DNA of 64,000 nucleotides, from assembly GCA_036258175.1 (NCBI GenBank), contig DATAEE010000027.1, positions 2,779 to 66,778 on the forward strand, in the 5' to 3' direction. Source of the DNA: Vicinamibacterales bacterium. GTDB lineage: Bacteria > Acidobacteriota > Vicinamibacteria > Vicinamibacterales > 2-12-FULL-66-21. Numbering within the stretch: position 1 is the stretch's first letter; every line of letters begins with the position of its first letter. This document shows positions 8,401 to 18,431 of this stretch, in pieces. The translations under genes and the position numbers were made by a program. Under the pieces are notes generated by a model. The model was given only the letters and a program-made list of their open reading frames with translations. It ran no database searches and was not told the origin of the DNA.

Positions 8401-9174
8401 ATGAAGCTAAAACAGTACGAGAAAACGCTGCGGAAACTGCAGGTGCAGCTCTGCCACCTCCAGGAATGGGTCAAACAGAAAGGCCTGCGCGTCGTCGTCG
8501 TGTTCGAAGGACGGGACGGCGCCGGCAAGGGAGGCACGATCCGGGCCCTTACCGAACGGGTGAGCCCGCGTGTGTTCAGGGTCGTGGCCCTGCCGGCCCC
8601 GTCGGATCGCGAGAAGTCGCAGGTGTACATGCAGCGCTACCTGCAGCACTTCCCCGCCGCCGGCGAAATCGTCATCTTCGATCGGAGCTGGTACAACCGC
8701 GCCGGCGTCGAGTACGTCATGGGATTCTGCTCTGAGACCGAGCATCGGCGGTTTCTGGAGCTCTGTCCTCAGATCGAAAAGTTCATGGTGGACGGCGGCA
8801 TCATCCTGATCAAGCTGTGGCTGGAAGTGAGCAACAAGGAGCAGCAGCGGCGCTTCGAGGCGCGGATCAAGGATCCGGTGCGCCAGTGGAAGCTGAGCCC
8901 GATGGACTTACCGTCGCGAAAGCGCTGGTACGACTACTCCCGCGCGCGCGACATGATGTTGAAGAAGACCGATACGCGCTACGCTCCCTGGTACATCGTC
9001 CGGTCGGACGACAAGCGGGCGGCGCGTCTCAATACGATTTCCCATCTGCTGTCACGAATCCCGTACAAGAAGCTGCCTCGCGAGAAGATCAAGCTCCCGG
9101 GGCGGTCGTCCAAGCGCGCGTACGACGACGACGCGTCAATCAAACGCCGGCGTTTCGTCCGCGAGCGGTATTGA
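8401..9174 (+). CDS. ppk2: Polyphosphate kinase 2, single-domain
   Basis: VVVVFEGRDGAGKGGTI Walker A, FDRSWYNRAGVE, WKLSPMD, APWYIVRSDDK: canonical PPK2 motifs. Confidence 0.9.
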   Translation: MKLKQYEKTLRKLQVQLCHLQEWVKQKGLRVVVVFEGRDGAGKGGTIRALTERVSPRVFRVVALPAPSDREKSQVYMQRYLQHFPAAGEIVIFDRSWYNRAGVEYVMGFCSETEHRRFLELCPQIEKFMVDGGIILIKLWLEVSNKEQQRRFEARIKDPVRQWKLSPMDLPSRKRWYDYSRARDMMLKKTDTRYAPWYIVRSDDKRAARLNTISHLLSRIPYKKLPREKIKLPGRSSKRAYDDDASIKRRRFVRERY

Positions 9175-9179
9175 ATGCC

Positions 9180-10322
9180 ATGAAGACGCTCGTTATCGTT
9201 GCCGCCACAGTACTCGTCATCGCGCAATCCACGAAGGCGCCGAAGCCGGAGGAGCTCGACCGTCTGCTTGCGCCGGTCGCGCTGTATCCCGATGCGCTCC
9301 TGGCGCAGATGCTGCTCTGCACCTCGAACCCCGGCAAAGTGGGCACGCTCAACGAATGGCTCGCCAGCAACAGCACGCTGAAAGGCACCGAACTGCAGGA
9401 AGCCGCCACGAACGCTGGGTTCGAGCCGAGCTTCGCCGCCCTCGCCCTCTTTCCTCAGGTCGTGGAGTTCATGGCCGGCCAGCCCGATTGGACGGCGAAG
9501 CTTGGACAGGCCTTCGCCGCGGATCGCAAAGCGGTGTTCGCCAGCATCCAGCAGTTGAGAGCGCAAGCGAGCAAAGCCGGCAACCTGAAGGACACGCCAC
9601 AGCAGGACGTGGAGACCCGCACGACCTCGAGCGGAGAGCAGGTGATCGTGATCGAGCCGGCGAATCCGCAAATCGTGTACGTCCCGCAATACAACCCCCA
9701 GGTCGTCTACACGCAGCCGACCACATCCACCGTGGTCGTCCAGGACGACGATGACGACGATGCGGCGCTCGCGGGCGTGATTGGTTTTACGGCCGGCATT
9801 GCGATTGGCGCGGCCATCGACAACGACTACTACTACGGGCCCTACGGGTGGCATGGCGGCGGCTACATGTATAACGACGCCTGGGACGACTACTACGACG
9901 CGCGCGAAGACGCGCGCGAGGACTGGCAGGACCATCGCGAGGACCTGAACGAGGATCGGAGCGACCGACGCGAGGACCTTGCCGACGAGCGCGGTGAGCG
10001 GGCGGGTACGGCGCAGGAACAACGTACTGAACGCCAGCAGACCCGGCAGGAGAACCCGCAGACGCAGGCGCAGCGCGAGCAGCGCCGGACCGAAGCGCAG
10101 GGCAAGGCGGAGCAGGCCCGGAGCTCGGGCGCGAGCGCGAGCGGCGCGAGCACGAGTCAGGCATCCCGGGGGTACAGTGGCAGTCAGGCAGCCACGCAGC
10201 GCAGCTCCGGATCGGACGCGTTCTCCGGCTACTCGAGTGGAAAATCCACGCGCGCGTCCAGCTCGCGCGGCCAGAGCAGCAGGAGCGGCGGCTCGCGCGG
10301 TGGAGGAGGGAGGCGCCGATGA
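9180..10322 (+). CDS. DUF3300 family secreted protein with poly-Asp / Tyr-Gly-rich / RGG C-terminal extension
   Basis: LAPVALYPDALLAQML...LFPQVV motif typical of DUF3300. Start at MKTLVIVAATVLVIAQ (signal). Tail ...VQDDDDDD...YYYGPYGWHGGGY...SRGGGGRRR. Confidence 0.75.
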   Translation: MKTLVIVAATVLVIAQSTKAPKPEELDRLLAPVALYPDALLAQMLLCTSNPGKVGTLNEWLASNSTLKGTELQEAATNAGFEPSFAALALFPQVVEFMAGQPDWTAKLGQAFAADRKAVFASIQQLRAQASKAGNLKDTPQQDVETRTTSSGEQVIVIEPANPQIVYVPQYNPQVVYTQPTTSTVVVQDDDDDDAALAGVIGFTAGIAIGAAIDNDYYYGPYGWHGGGYMYNDAWDDYYDAREDAREDWQDHREDLNEDRSDRREDLADERGERAGTAQEQRTERQQTRQENPQTQAQREQRRTEAQGKAEQARSSGASASGASTSQASRGYSGSQAATQRSSGSDAFSGYSSGKSTRASSSRGQSSRSGGSRGGGGRRR

Positions 10323-11245
10323 CTCGCAAGACAGCGTCGGCTATCGCGTACGCGTTGACCGCCGCTCTTTCATGCGCAGCGTGCTCCTGGTCGACGCCGC
10401 AGCAGCGCACGTTTCGCGCGCCGGAAGATGCCGTGCGGGCGTTGACCGAGACGACGAAGGCAGGCAACGTCGACGAGCTCGTCGCCATCTTCGGCGCCGA
10501 CGGCAAGGAGCTCGTCGCGTCGTCCGATCCGGCAACCGCGCGCAAGAACCGCGAAGTATTCACGGCGGCGATGGCCGAGCGGTGGCGGCTCGAAGACCAG
10601 GGGTCCGGTGGCAAGGTGCTCGTCATCGGCAACGAGGACTGGCCGTTCCCGGTCCCGCTCGTGAAGGATGGCAACAACTGGCGCTTCGACACTGCGGCCG
10701 GAAAAGAAGAAGTGCTGACGCGCCGGATCGGCCGCAACGAGCTCGCCGTTATCCAGGTCTGCCGGACATACGGCAACGCTCAACGGATCTATGCGCACTC
10801 CGGACACGACGGCAAGCCCGCCGGCCTCTATGCGAAAACGTTCGCCAGCGACCAGGGTAAACAGAACGGCCTGTACTGGCCCGCGTCGCATGGCCAGAAG
10901 CGCAGTCCACTCGGCGACCTCGTCGCGCAGGCAGCCGCAGAAGGCCGATCGGTTGGCGGCGGGGCCGCCCAGCCCTCGCCGTTTTACGGCTACTACTTCA
11001 AGATCCTGACGGCACAAGGACCGGCGTCGCCCGGCGGCGCAAAGGATTACATCTCCAACGGTGAGTTGTCAGGCGGGTTCGCGCTGGTCGCGTGGCCCGC
11101 TCAGTACGATGTCACAGGAATCATGACGTTCATCGTCAATCACGATGGCGTCCTTCACGAGCAGGCTCTGGGACCAGACACCGACAAAGTGGCCAGGACG
11201 ATGACCGCTTACAATCCTGACGCGTCCTGGAGCCCTGTTCAGTAA
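10319..11245 (+). CDS. DUF2950 family protein
   Basis: WPFPVPLVKDGNNWRFD, GYYFKILTAQG, GGFALVAWPAQYDVTGIMTFIVNHDGV: DUF2950 hallmarks. Classical partner of DUF3300. 4-nt overlap with the upstream gene. Confidence 0.8.
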   Translation: MTRKTASAIAYALTAALSCAACSWSTPQQRTFRAPEDAVRALTETTKAGNVDELVAIFGADGKELVASSDPATARKNREVFTAAMAERWRLEDQGSGGKVLVIGNEDWPFPVPLVKDGNNWRFDTAAGKEEVLTRRIGRNELAVIQVCRTYGNAQRIYAHSGHDGKPAGLYAKTFASDQGKQNGLYWPASHGQKRSPLGDLVAQAAAEGRSVGGGAAQPSPFYGYYFKILTAQGPASPGGAKDYISNGELSGGFALVAWPAQYDVTGIMTFIVNHDGVLHEQALGPDTDKVARTMTAYNPDASWSPVQ

Positions 11246-11273
11246 CAGCAGAGCTACAACACGGCGGTGACCG

Positions 11274-14063
11274 ATGGCGAGTACCGACCAGCAGTCTGGC
11301 GCGGAGTCCCAGCGCCTTGCCGACGCGCGTGACGGCCGCGCGCTCTGGCGAAAATGGGGGCCCTACCTCAGCGAGCGGCAATGGGGAACCGTTCGCGAGG
11401 ATTACAGCGAGTCGGGCGACGCGTGGAATCACTTCAGCCACGATCAGGCCCGTGCACGCGCCTATCGGTGGGGGGAGGACGGCCTCGCCGGGATATCGGA
11501 CAACAAACAGCTGCTCTGCTTCGCGCTGGCCCTCTGGAATGGCAAAGATCCCATCATCAAAGAACGTCTCTTCGGTCTGACGAACAGCGAGGGGAATCAC
11601 GGCGAGGACGTGAAGGAGTACTACTTCTATCTCGACTCGACGCCCACGCACTCGTACATGAAGTATCTGTACAAGTACCCTCAGTTGGCGTACCCGTACG
11701 ACCAGATCGTCCTGAAAAACCGCCAGCGGGATCGACACGCGCTCGAGTACGAGCTTCTCGACACCGGCGTGTTCGATCAGGACCGGTACTTCGACGTGTT
11801 CGTCGAGTACGCCAAGGCCGCACCTGAAGACATTTTGATCCAGATCACGGTCGCAAACCGCGGGCCCGAGCCGGCCACGCTTCACGTCCTGCCAACCATC
11901 TGGTTTCGCAACACGTGGTCGTGGGGCGGAGACGTTCCCAAGCCATCGCTGAAGCAGATCGATGCCGGCAGCATCGAGGCCTCCCATCCGGATCTGGGAG
12001 GAAGAGTCCTTGATGCGGACGGCGCGCCGGCCTGGCTCTTCACTGAAAACGAAACGAACGTCGAGCGGCTCGTCCACGTCCCCAACCGCACGCCCTATGT
12101 GAAGGATGCGATCAACAGCTACTTCGTGCAGGGCCGGCGGAATGCGGTGAACCCTGAAAAGACCGGGACGAAAGCTGCGGCCCAGTATCAGGTGACGGTC
12201 GGCGCGGGCGCCTCAGAAGTCGTGCGCCTGCGCTTTTCCGATGTGGGCCCGACTGGCGCGCCGAAGAGCGGGCGCGGCGACCGGTTTGGCGCAGCGTTCG
12301 ACGCGATCATGACCACCCGCCGGCGCGAGGCCGACGAGTTCTACGCGTCGGTCATCCCGTCGTCGCTCGGCGCCGATGCCGCCAACGTGATGCGACAGGC
12401 GCTGGCGGGGATGCTCTGGTCGAAGCAGTACTACAACTACGACGTCGACCGCTGGCTCTCCGAGAGGGGCTCGGATCCGTTCAAGGCCCGGCGGCGCGCG
12501 GCGCCCCGCAACGATCGCTGGCATCACATGCAGAACGCGGACGTGATCTCGATGCCGGACAAGTGGGAGTACCCGTGGTACGCGGCGTGGGACCTGGCCT
12601 TTCACATCCTCGCGCTCACGCTCGTCGACGAAGACTTCGGCAAGCAGCAGCTTGACCTCATGCTGCAGGAACGTTATCTCCATCCCAGCGGACAGATTCC
12701 CGCATACGAGTGGAACTTCGGCGACGTCAATCCGCCCGTGCACGCCTGGGCGACGATCTTCACCTACCGCCTGGAGCAGGGCCGGCACGGCCGGGGCGAT
12801 CTCGAATGGCTCGAGCGGTCGTTCCACAAGCTGTTGCTGAACTTCACCTGGTGGGTGAATCGGAAAGACCGCTCCGGCAACAACGTCTTCGACGGCGGCT
12901 TCCTTGGTCTCGACAACATCGGCGTCTTCGACCGGAGCGCGCCGCTGCCCACCGGCGGCAACCTGGAACAGGCGGACGGCACCGCGTGGATGGCGCTCTT
13001 CTGCCAGAACATGCTCGAGATCTCAGCGCAACTGGCGCTCGAAAAGCCCGCCTATGGCGACATGTGTCTCAAGTTCGTCGAACACTACCTCTGGATCGCC
13101 TCGTCGATGATCCACGCCGGCGACGATGTCGGGATGTGGGACGAGGAGGATGGGTTCTTCTACGACGTGCTGAGGCTGCCGGATGGTCGGGCGCAACGTC
13201 TGAAGGTGCGCTCGATGGTGGGGCTGCTCCCCTTCTGTGCCGTGACGGTGTTCGACGGAGAGCTCCTGAAAAAGTACCCGGAGCTCGCTCCCCGTTTCCG
13301 CCGGTTCCTCGACGCGCGCCCGGAGCTGACGGCGTTGATCCAGGATCCCGGAACGCGCGGAGAGCGGGACCGCCGGCTCGCCGCGATTCTGAACGAAGCG
13401 AACCTGCGTCGCGTGCTGGCGAGGATGCTCGACGAGAACGAGTTCCTCAGCCCATACGGCATCCGTTCGATCTCCCGCTATCACGAAAAACATCCGTACG
13501 TCTTCCGCCTCGGGGACCAGGAGTACCGGGTTTCCTACCTGCCGGCGGAATCGGACACCGGGATGTTCGGCGGTAACTCCAATTGGCGCGGTCCGATCTG
13601 GATGCCGGTCAACGGGCTGATTGTCCGCGCGCTGCTTCAGTACTACGCTTACTACGGAGACAGCTTCACCGTGGAGTGTCCAACCGGCTCCGGACGCCGC
13701 ATGACGCTCTACGAGGTCGCGGAGGAGATCTCCCGGCGTCTCGGCAACATCTTCCTGCGAGACAAGGACGGACGCCGGGCGGTCTACGGCGCAACCCGGA
13801 AGTTCCAGGAAGATCCGCACTGGCGCGATCTGATCCTGTTCTACGAGTACTTCCACGGTGACAACGGCGCCGGACTTGGGGCCAGCCACCAGACCGGCTG
13901 GACGGGCATCGTCGCGCGCACGATGCAGTTGTTTGCCACGACGACGGCCGAGCAGGTTGTCGAACTGGGCAAGGCCGCAACTGCAACGGACCATCGAAAG
14001 GATTCCAGGCGGCCGGGCGTGAACGCGCCGGACCGAGTCGAGGCGCCGCCGGTCGCCAGGTGA
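11274..14063 (+). CDS. GH63-like / MGH1-like glycoside hydrolase (glucosidase family), 929 aa
   Basis: N-terminus WRKWGPYLSERQWGTVREDYS...RAYRWGEDGLAG and the (alpha/alpha)6-type C-terminal half (WEYPWYAAWDLAFH, NWRGPIWMPVN) recall the bacterial GH63-like family. Family call made from memory. Confidence 0.65.
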   Translation: MASTDQQSGAESQRLADARDGRALWRKWGPYLSERQWGTVREDYSESGDAWNHFSHDQARARAYRWGEDGLAGISDNKQLLCFALALWNGKDPIIKERLFGLTNSEGNHGEDVKEYYFYLDSTPTHSYMKYLYKYPQLAYPYDQIVLKNRQRDRHALEYELLDTGVFDQDRYFDVFVEYAKAAPEDILIQITVANRGPEPATLHVLPTIWFRNTWSWGGDVPKPSLKQIDAGSIEASHPDLGGRVLDADGAPAWLFTENETNVERLVHVPNRTPYVKDAINSYFVQGRRNAVNPEKTGTKAAAQYQVTVGAGASEVVRLRFSDVGPTGAPKSGRGDRFGAAFDAIMTTRRREADEFYASVIPSSLGADAANVMRQALAGMLWSKQYYNYDVDRWLSERGSDPFKARRRAAPRNDRWHHMQNADVISMPDKWEYPWYAAWDLAFHILALTLVDEDFGKQQLDLMLQERYLHPSGQIPAYEWNFGDVNPPVHAWATIFTYRLEQGRHGRGDLEWLERSFHKLLLNFTWWVNRKDRSGNNVFDGGFLGLDNIGVFDRSAPLPTGGNLEQADGTAWMALFCQNMLEISAQLALEKPAYGDMCLKFVEHYLWIASSMIHAGDDVGMWDEEDGFFYDVLRLPDGRAQRLKVRSMVGLLPFCAVTVFDGELLKKYPELAPRFRRFLDARPELTALIQDPGTRGERDRRLAAILNEANLRRVLARMLDENEFLSPYGIRSISRYHEKHPYVFRLGDQEYRVSYLPAESDTGMFGGNSNWRGPIWMPVNGLIVRALLQYYAYYGDSFTVECPTGSGRRMTLYEVAEEISRRLGNIFLRDKDGRRAVYGATRKFQEDPHWRDLILFYEYFHGDNGAGLGASHQTGWTGIVARTMQLFATTTAEQVVELGKAATATDHRKDSRRPGVNAPDRVEAPPVAR

Positions 14064-15685
14064 GTCGCGTGAGGGTTCTCGGCGCCTGCGTCTTCGCGCT
14101 CGTCCTCAGCGCTCCCCTTGCGCCTGGACAAACGCTGCCCGGTGCGGCGTCGTCACCGCCGGCTGCTCCTGCACAAGCTCCGAGCGATCCTCTCAATCGA
14201 GACACGCCGCGAGGAACCGTTCAAGGATTCCTGAGCGCCGCGCGGCAGGGTCAGAGCGATCTCGCGAGCCAATATCTGAATACGTCCCTGACAGGCCAGG
14301 CCGCGGCCGACCTCGCCCAGCAGCTGTTCGTCGTGCTCGACGCGCGCCTGCAAACCAGCATTAGACGACTGAGCGATGCGCCCGAGGGTTCCCGCGCCAA
14401 TCCGCTGCGGCCCAATCAGGAGGTCGTCGGCGTGATCGAGAGCGGCGGCGGAAACGAGGAAATCGTGGTCGTCCGGATCGAGCGTGGCTCGAGCGGCCCG
14501 ATCTGGCTGTTCTCCGAGCGGACGCTGAGTCTGGTTCCCACGCTGTATGAGGAGATCACCCTTCGATGGACTGAGCGTATTCTGCCGCGGTTTCTCACGG
14601 CTAGACGAATCGGAGGCGTACGGCTCTTCGAGTGGCTCACCGTTCTCCTGGGCCTGCCGCTCTTCTACGTCGTGACGGCACTCCTGAACCGGGTCCTAAC
14701 GCCGCTGATTCGCGGATCGTGGCGCCGGATTTTCCGCCAGTCCGACCTGTTCGCCGGCAACGTCCTTCCCGCGCCGGTTCGCCTCCTGCTCCTGGCGTTC
14801 GCGATTCGCTGGGTCCTGGCTACGCTGCCGCTGTCGCTTCTCGTGCGCCAGGTCTGGTCCAACGCCGCGAGCCTGATCAACGTCGCCGCCGTCGTGTGGC
14901 TGCTGGTACTCCTGAACGGCGAAATCGAGCAGTTCATTCGCCGCCGCTTCCCCCGGGCGAACGTCTCGGCCGGCGCGTCCCTGCTTCGCCTGTTGCGCAG
15001 GGTGTTCGACCTGCTCGTGATCTTCGTGGGCATGATGGCTGTGCTTCGCCGGTTCGGTGTGGACCCGACGCCGGCCCTCGCCGGGCTGGGGGTCGGAGGC
15101 ATCGCGGTCGCCCTCGCGGCGCAGAAAACGCTGGAAAATCTCGTCGCGGGCGCGTCGCTGCTCTTCGACCAGGCGGTGCGCGTCGGGGACTTCATGAAGA
15201 TGGGGGACATCGCCGGCACCATCGACCACATCGGCCTGCGATCGACCCGCATCCGCACGCTCGATCGAACGATCGTGATCGTCCCCAACAGCCAGATCGC
15301 CAACGCCAGCCTCGAAACGATCTCCGCGCGCGACAAATTCTGGTTCCACCCTGTCGTGGGCCTCCGGTACGAAACGACCCCCGAGCAGCTTCGCGCCGTC
15401 GTCGATGGCATCCGCGGGCTGCTCGAGAAACATCGGTCCATCGATCGTGAATCGGTACGCGTGCGGTTCTTCCGGCTTGGAGCGTTCTCTCTGGACGTCG
15501 ATGTCTTCGCGTATCTCTACGCCCGCGACTGGAACCACTTCCTCGAGATTCAGGAGCAGCTTCTTTTCGGCGTGACCGAGATCGTCAGCCGAGCGGGGAC
15601 AGAGATCGCGTTCCCGTCGCAGACGATGTACGTCGCCAACGCGCCGGCCGCCGCGCCAACCGCCGACTCTGTTCCTGGTCGGTAG
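14060..15685 (+). CDS. Mechanosensitive ion channel (MscS family) with N-terminal signal and periplasmic region
   Basis: VRVGDFMKMGDIAGTIDHIGLRSTRIRTLDRTIVIVPNSQIAN is the MscS beta-domain signature. The GTG start overlaps the upstream stop. Confidence 0.85.
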   Translation: MSRVRVLGACVFALVLSAPLAPGQTLPGAASSPPAAPAQAPSDPLNRDTPRGTVQGFLSAARQGQSDLASQYLNTSLTGQAAADLAQQLFVVLDARLQTSIRRLSDAPEGSRANPLRPNQEVVGVIESGGGNEEIVVVRIERGSSGPIWLFSERTLSLVPTLYEEITLRWTERILPRFLTARRIGGVRLFEWLTVLLGLPLFYVVTALLNRVLTPLIRGSWRRIFRQSDLFAGNVLPAPVRLLLLAFAIRWVLATLPLSLLVRQVWSNAASLINVAAVVWLLVLLNGEIEQFIRRRFPRANVSAGASLLRLLRRVFDLLVIFVGMMAVLRRFGVDPTPALAGLGVGGIAVALAAQKTLENLVAGASLLFDQAVRVGDFMKMGDIAGTIDHIGLRSTRIRTLDRTIVIVPNSQIANASLETISARDKFWFHPVVGLRYETTPEQLRAVVDGIRGLLEKHRSIDRESVRVRFFRLGAFSLDVDVFAYLYARDWNHFLEIQEQLLFGVTEIVSRAGTEIAFPSQTMYVANAPAAAPTADSVPGR

Positions 15686-15709
15686 ACACGCTCGAACAGA
15701 ATGGTGAAA

Positions 15710-15735
15710 GCTTTCCTTCCCGATGGAAAGGAAGC
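15710..15735. terminator. Imperfect hairpin between convergent genes (bidirectional terminator candidate)
   Basis: GCTTTCCTTCC-cgat-GGAAAGGAAGC: 11-bp stem with one mismatch and one wobble. Confidence 0.45.
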
Positions 15736-15738
15736 GTC

Positions 15739-17157
15739 TCAGGGGCTCTGTGGTGCCAGCGGGTGGGGCCCAAAATTGCCGCCAAGCGCGAGATGGAGGT
15801 TGACGCGCTGCACGCGCTGTTCTGCCTGGACCCTGACGAGCGCTGATTGCGATGCGTTCAGCGCCAGCTGACGCTGCGTCACGAAGCGCAGATCGGTGCT
15901 GCCGACCTTGAACTGGTTCTGCACCACCTCGAGCGCCCGCCGGTTGTCGGCGAGCGTCTCAGTGAGAATCGTCTCGCGCTCGCGCGCGGCAATCTCCGCG
16001 GACAGGGCGTTCTCGACCTCGCCGAAGGCCCGAAGGCCGACCGCCGCATACGCGGCGACGGCTTGCTTCTGCTCGGCGGTCCGGATCTCGACCTGCGTCT
16101 TGAGCGCGCCACCTCTGAACACCGGCATGAGAAGGTTCGCGCCGAGGTTCCAGACAGGATTGTCACGGTCCTGAAGGACGAACAGATCGCTCGAGACGGT
16201 GCTGACGCCGGTCGTCAGGGCGATAGCGGGCAGCCGCGCCGCTTTTGCCTCGTGCACGCGGTTGAACGCCGCGGCAATGCGCCGTTCGGCCGCAATCACG
16301 TCCGGCCGGCGTTCGAGCAGCTCGGAGGGAAGGCCCGACGGGACGGCGTCGGGCTGGCCCGGCAACTGCGGAGCGACCGCCGCCGCGGCCGCGGGATAAC
16401 GGCCGAGAAGAATCTCCAGCGCGCGAATCGCCTGCTCGCGCGACAGCTCGATCTGCCGCAACACATCACGATTGGTTCCCTGTGCCGCCCGGGCGATGTA
16501 GACGTCTTCGTCGTTCCCCACGCCGATGCGCACCCGATCCTGTGCGAGGCGCACGAGCTCGTCCCCCTGACGAAGCGTCTCGCGTGCCACGTTCGCTTGC
16601 AGCCCCGCCTCGGTGGCCAGGAACCAGCTCTTCGCGACGAGCGCCGCGAGCGATTGACGGGCGAATTCGTAGTCGGCCTGGGCCGAACGGGCATCGGCGG
16701 CGGCCGCCGCGCGGCCGTACCGCACCCGGCCCCAGAGATCGAGCTCCCAGGACACCGTGAACGCCGCGCCCTGCAGGCCTGAGTTGTCGCCGGACATCTT
16801 GCCGCCGCCTCGCGCGAGAATATCCGCCGACGGATACAGCCTCGCTCCCGCGAGCCTGGCAAAGAGAACCGCCTGCTCGACGCGGGCCGCAGCCACGCGG
16901 AGGTCCGCATTGTTCGTCAGCGCTTCGACGACCGCTTCGGTCAGCTGATCGTCGCGGAACCCGGCGAGCCAGTTGTCGGGGACCAGCCCGGTTGCGGCGC
17001 CGGAGGCGGTCCACAAGTCGGGCATCTTGACCGTCGGCAGCGCTTCCTTCTGGATCTCCGCGGCATCGGGCGGCTTCTTCAGGATGCACGCCGACGTCGT
17101 CAGCACCAGCAGGACCGCGAGAGGAACCCCGAGACGACGAGCGGACCGGATGTCCAT
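15739..17157 (-). CDS. Efflux outer-membrane factor lipoprotein (NodT/OprM family)
   Basis: 472 aa, lipobox LTTSAC, two TolC-like repeats (ARAAQGTNRDVLRQIELSREQA...). Confidence 0.85.
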   Translation of the reverse strand: MDIRSARRLGVPLAVLLVLTTSACILKKPPDAAEIQKEALPTVKMPDLWTASGAATGLVPDNWLAGFRDDQLTEAVVEALTNNADLRVAAARVEQAVLFARLAGARLYPSADILARGGGKMSGDNSGLQGAAFTVSWELDLWGRVRYGRAAAAADARSAQADYEFARQSLAALVAKSWFLATEAGLQANVARETLRQGDELVRLAQDRVRIGVGNDEDVYIARAAQGTNRDVLRQIELSREQAIRALEILLGRYPAAAAAVAPQLPGQPDAVPSGLPSELLERRPDVIAAERRIAAAFNRVHEAKAARLPAIALTTGVSTVSSDLFVLQDRDNPVWNLGANLLMPVFRGGALKTQVEIRTAEQKQAVAAYAAVGLRAFGEVENALSAEIAARERETILTETLADNRRALEVVQNQFKVGSTDLRFVTQRQLALNASQSALVRVQAEQRVQRVNLHLALGGNFGPHPLAPQSP

Positions 17158-18431
17158 CAGTGACCCAGGCTGATGCTGTGCTTGATGATGATGTAGTCGA
17201 GATACGACGCCACGCGCAGAAGGACCTTCCGGATGATGTGGAGTATCGCGAGATGCTCCGTGTAGAGCGCGGCCGACCCGCGGGCGCCGGCGGCTCGAAA
17301 CAGCGGACGGTCTTCCTCGCCGACGACGAGCTTCACCGGGAAGCGTCCCGGCGGCGGCACGAAGTTCGTTTTCGGCAGGTCGCCCGAGGCCTGCGCCTGC
17401 CCCTGGCCCTGGGCCCAGATGATGGAGTCGACGTGAGCCTTGATGACGTGGCCGGGGTAGGTATCCAACGTGATCTCGGCCTCGTTGCCCGCCTCGACCT
17501 GATGCAGCTCGTTCTGGCCGAACATCGCGAAGATCTGGTACTCGTCGTCCACGAAGGTCATCACCTCGTTGAACGGCATGCCGGCCACGAAGAACCCCGG
17601 GCGAAGCATCACGTTCACCATCGTCCCGTTGCCAGGCGCGACGACCGTCGTCTGCGACAGCTCCCAGCGCGCGGTCTCGAGCTGCGCTCGGGTGGTATTG
17701 ACCTGCGCCTGTGACACCTCCACCTGGGCCCGCGCGGTCGCGACCTGCGCCTTGACTTCCGCGACGGCCGCAAGATCTCCGTTGTGGCGGCCGGAGAGCT
17801 TCTCTCTGACCTGCTGCTCCGCCGCACGGGCCGCGGCGAGCCTGCCGGTAAGCTCGTCGACGTCGGTCTGTGCGCGCTCCAGATCGAAGCGGCTGCCTGC
17901 GCCGGTCGCGACCAGCTCCGTGTTCTGTTTCACACGCGTCCGCGCCAGCGCGAGCGAGGCGTTGACCGAGCCGACCTCGCTGGTGGCCTGATTCAGCTGC
18001 TCACCGAGCTGCCGTTCGGACGAGTGAGCATCGGCCAGCTTCGCCTGCGTTTCGGCAAGCCGCTGCCTGTCGGCCCCGACCTTCGCCTCCTCCGACGCCA
18101 GCAGCGCCTCGAGCGACTGGACCTCGTTGCGATACGGGGTCGGGTCGATTTTGAAAAGCACGTCTCCCTTTTTCACGGGCCGGTTGTTCTCGACCGGGAC
18201 CTCGATCACCCGTCCTCTCACCTGCGAGACGATGGGCACGACGTACTTCACGACGACAACGTCGCTCGTCGTCGGCGCAAAGATGTTCAGCATGAGAAGC
18301 ATTACCACGATGGCGACCACGGGGAAGATCGCGACGCCGACCTTCCAGGGCGTGGTCCAGGGGAGCAGCTTCAGCTTGATGAAGACCAGCCAGACGAAAA
18401 ATGCATAGACCCCAAGCAGCAGTATTTCCAT
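17157..18431 (-). CDS. HlyD-family periplasmic adaptor (EmrA/YiaV-like)
   Basis: 424 aa: N-terminal TM, long coiled coil, lipoyl/beta-barrel segments (VKKGDVLFKIDPTPY). Confidence 0.85.
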   Translation of the reverse strand: MEILLLGVYAFFVWLVFIKLKLLPWTTPWKVGVAIFPVVAIVVMLLMLNIFAPTTSDVVVVKYVVPIVSQVRGRVIEVPVENNRPVKKGDVLFKIDPTPYRNEVQSLEALLASEEAKVGADRQRLAETQAKLADAHSSERQLGEQLNQATSEVGSVNASLALARTRVKQNTELVATGAGSRFDLERAQTDVDELTGRLAAARAAEQQVREKLSGRHNGDLAAVAEVKAQVATARAQVEVSQAQVNTTRAQLETARWELSQTTVVAPGNGTMVNVMLRPGFFVAGMPFNEVMTFVDDEYQIFAMFGQNELHQVEAGNEAEITLDTYPGHVIKAHVDSIIWAQGQGQAQASGDLPKTNFVPPPGRFPVKLVVGEEDRPLFRAAGARGSAALYTEHLAILHIIRKVLLRVASYLDYIIIKHSISLGH

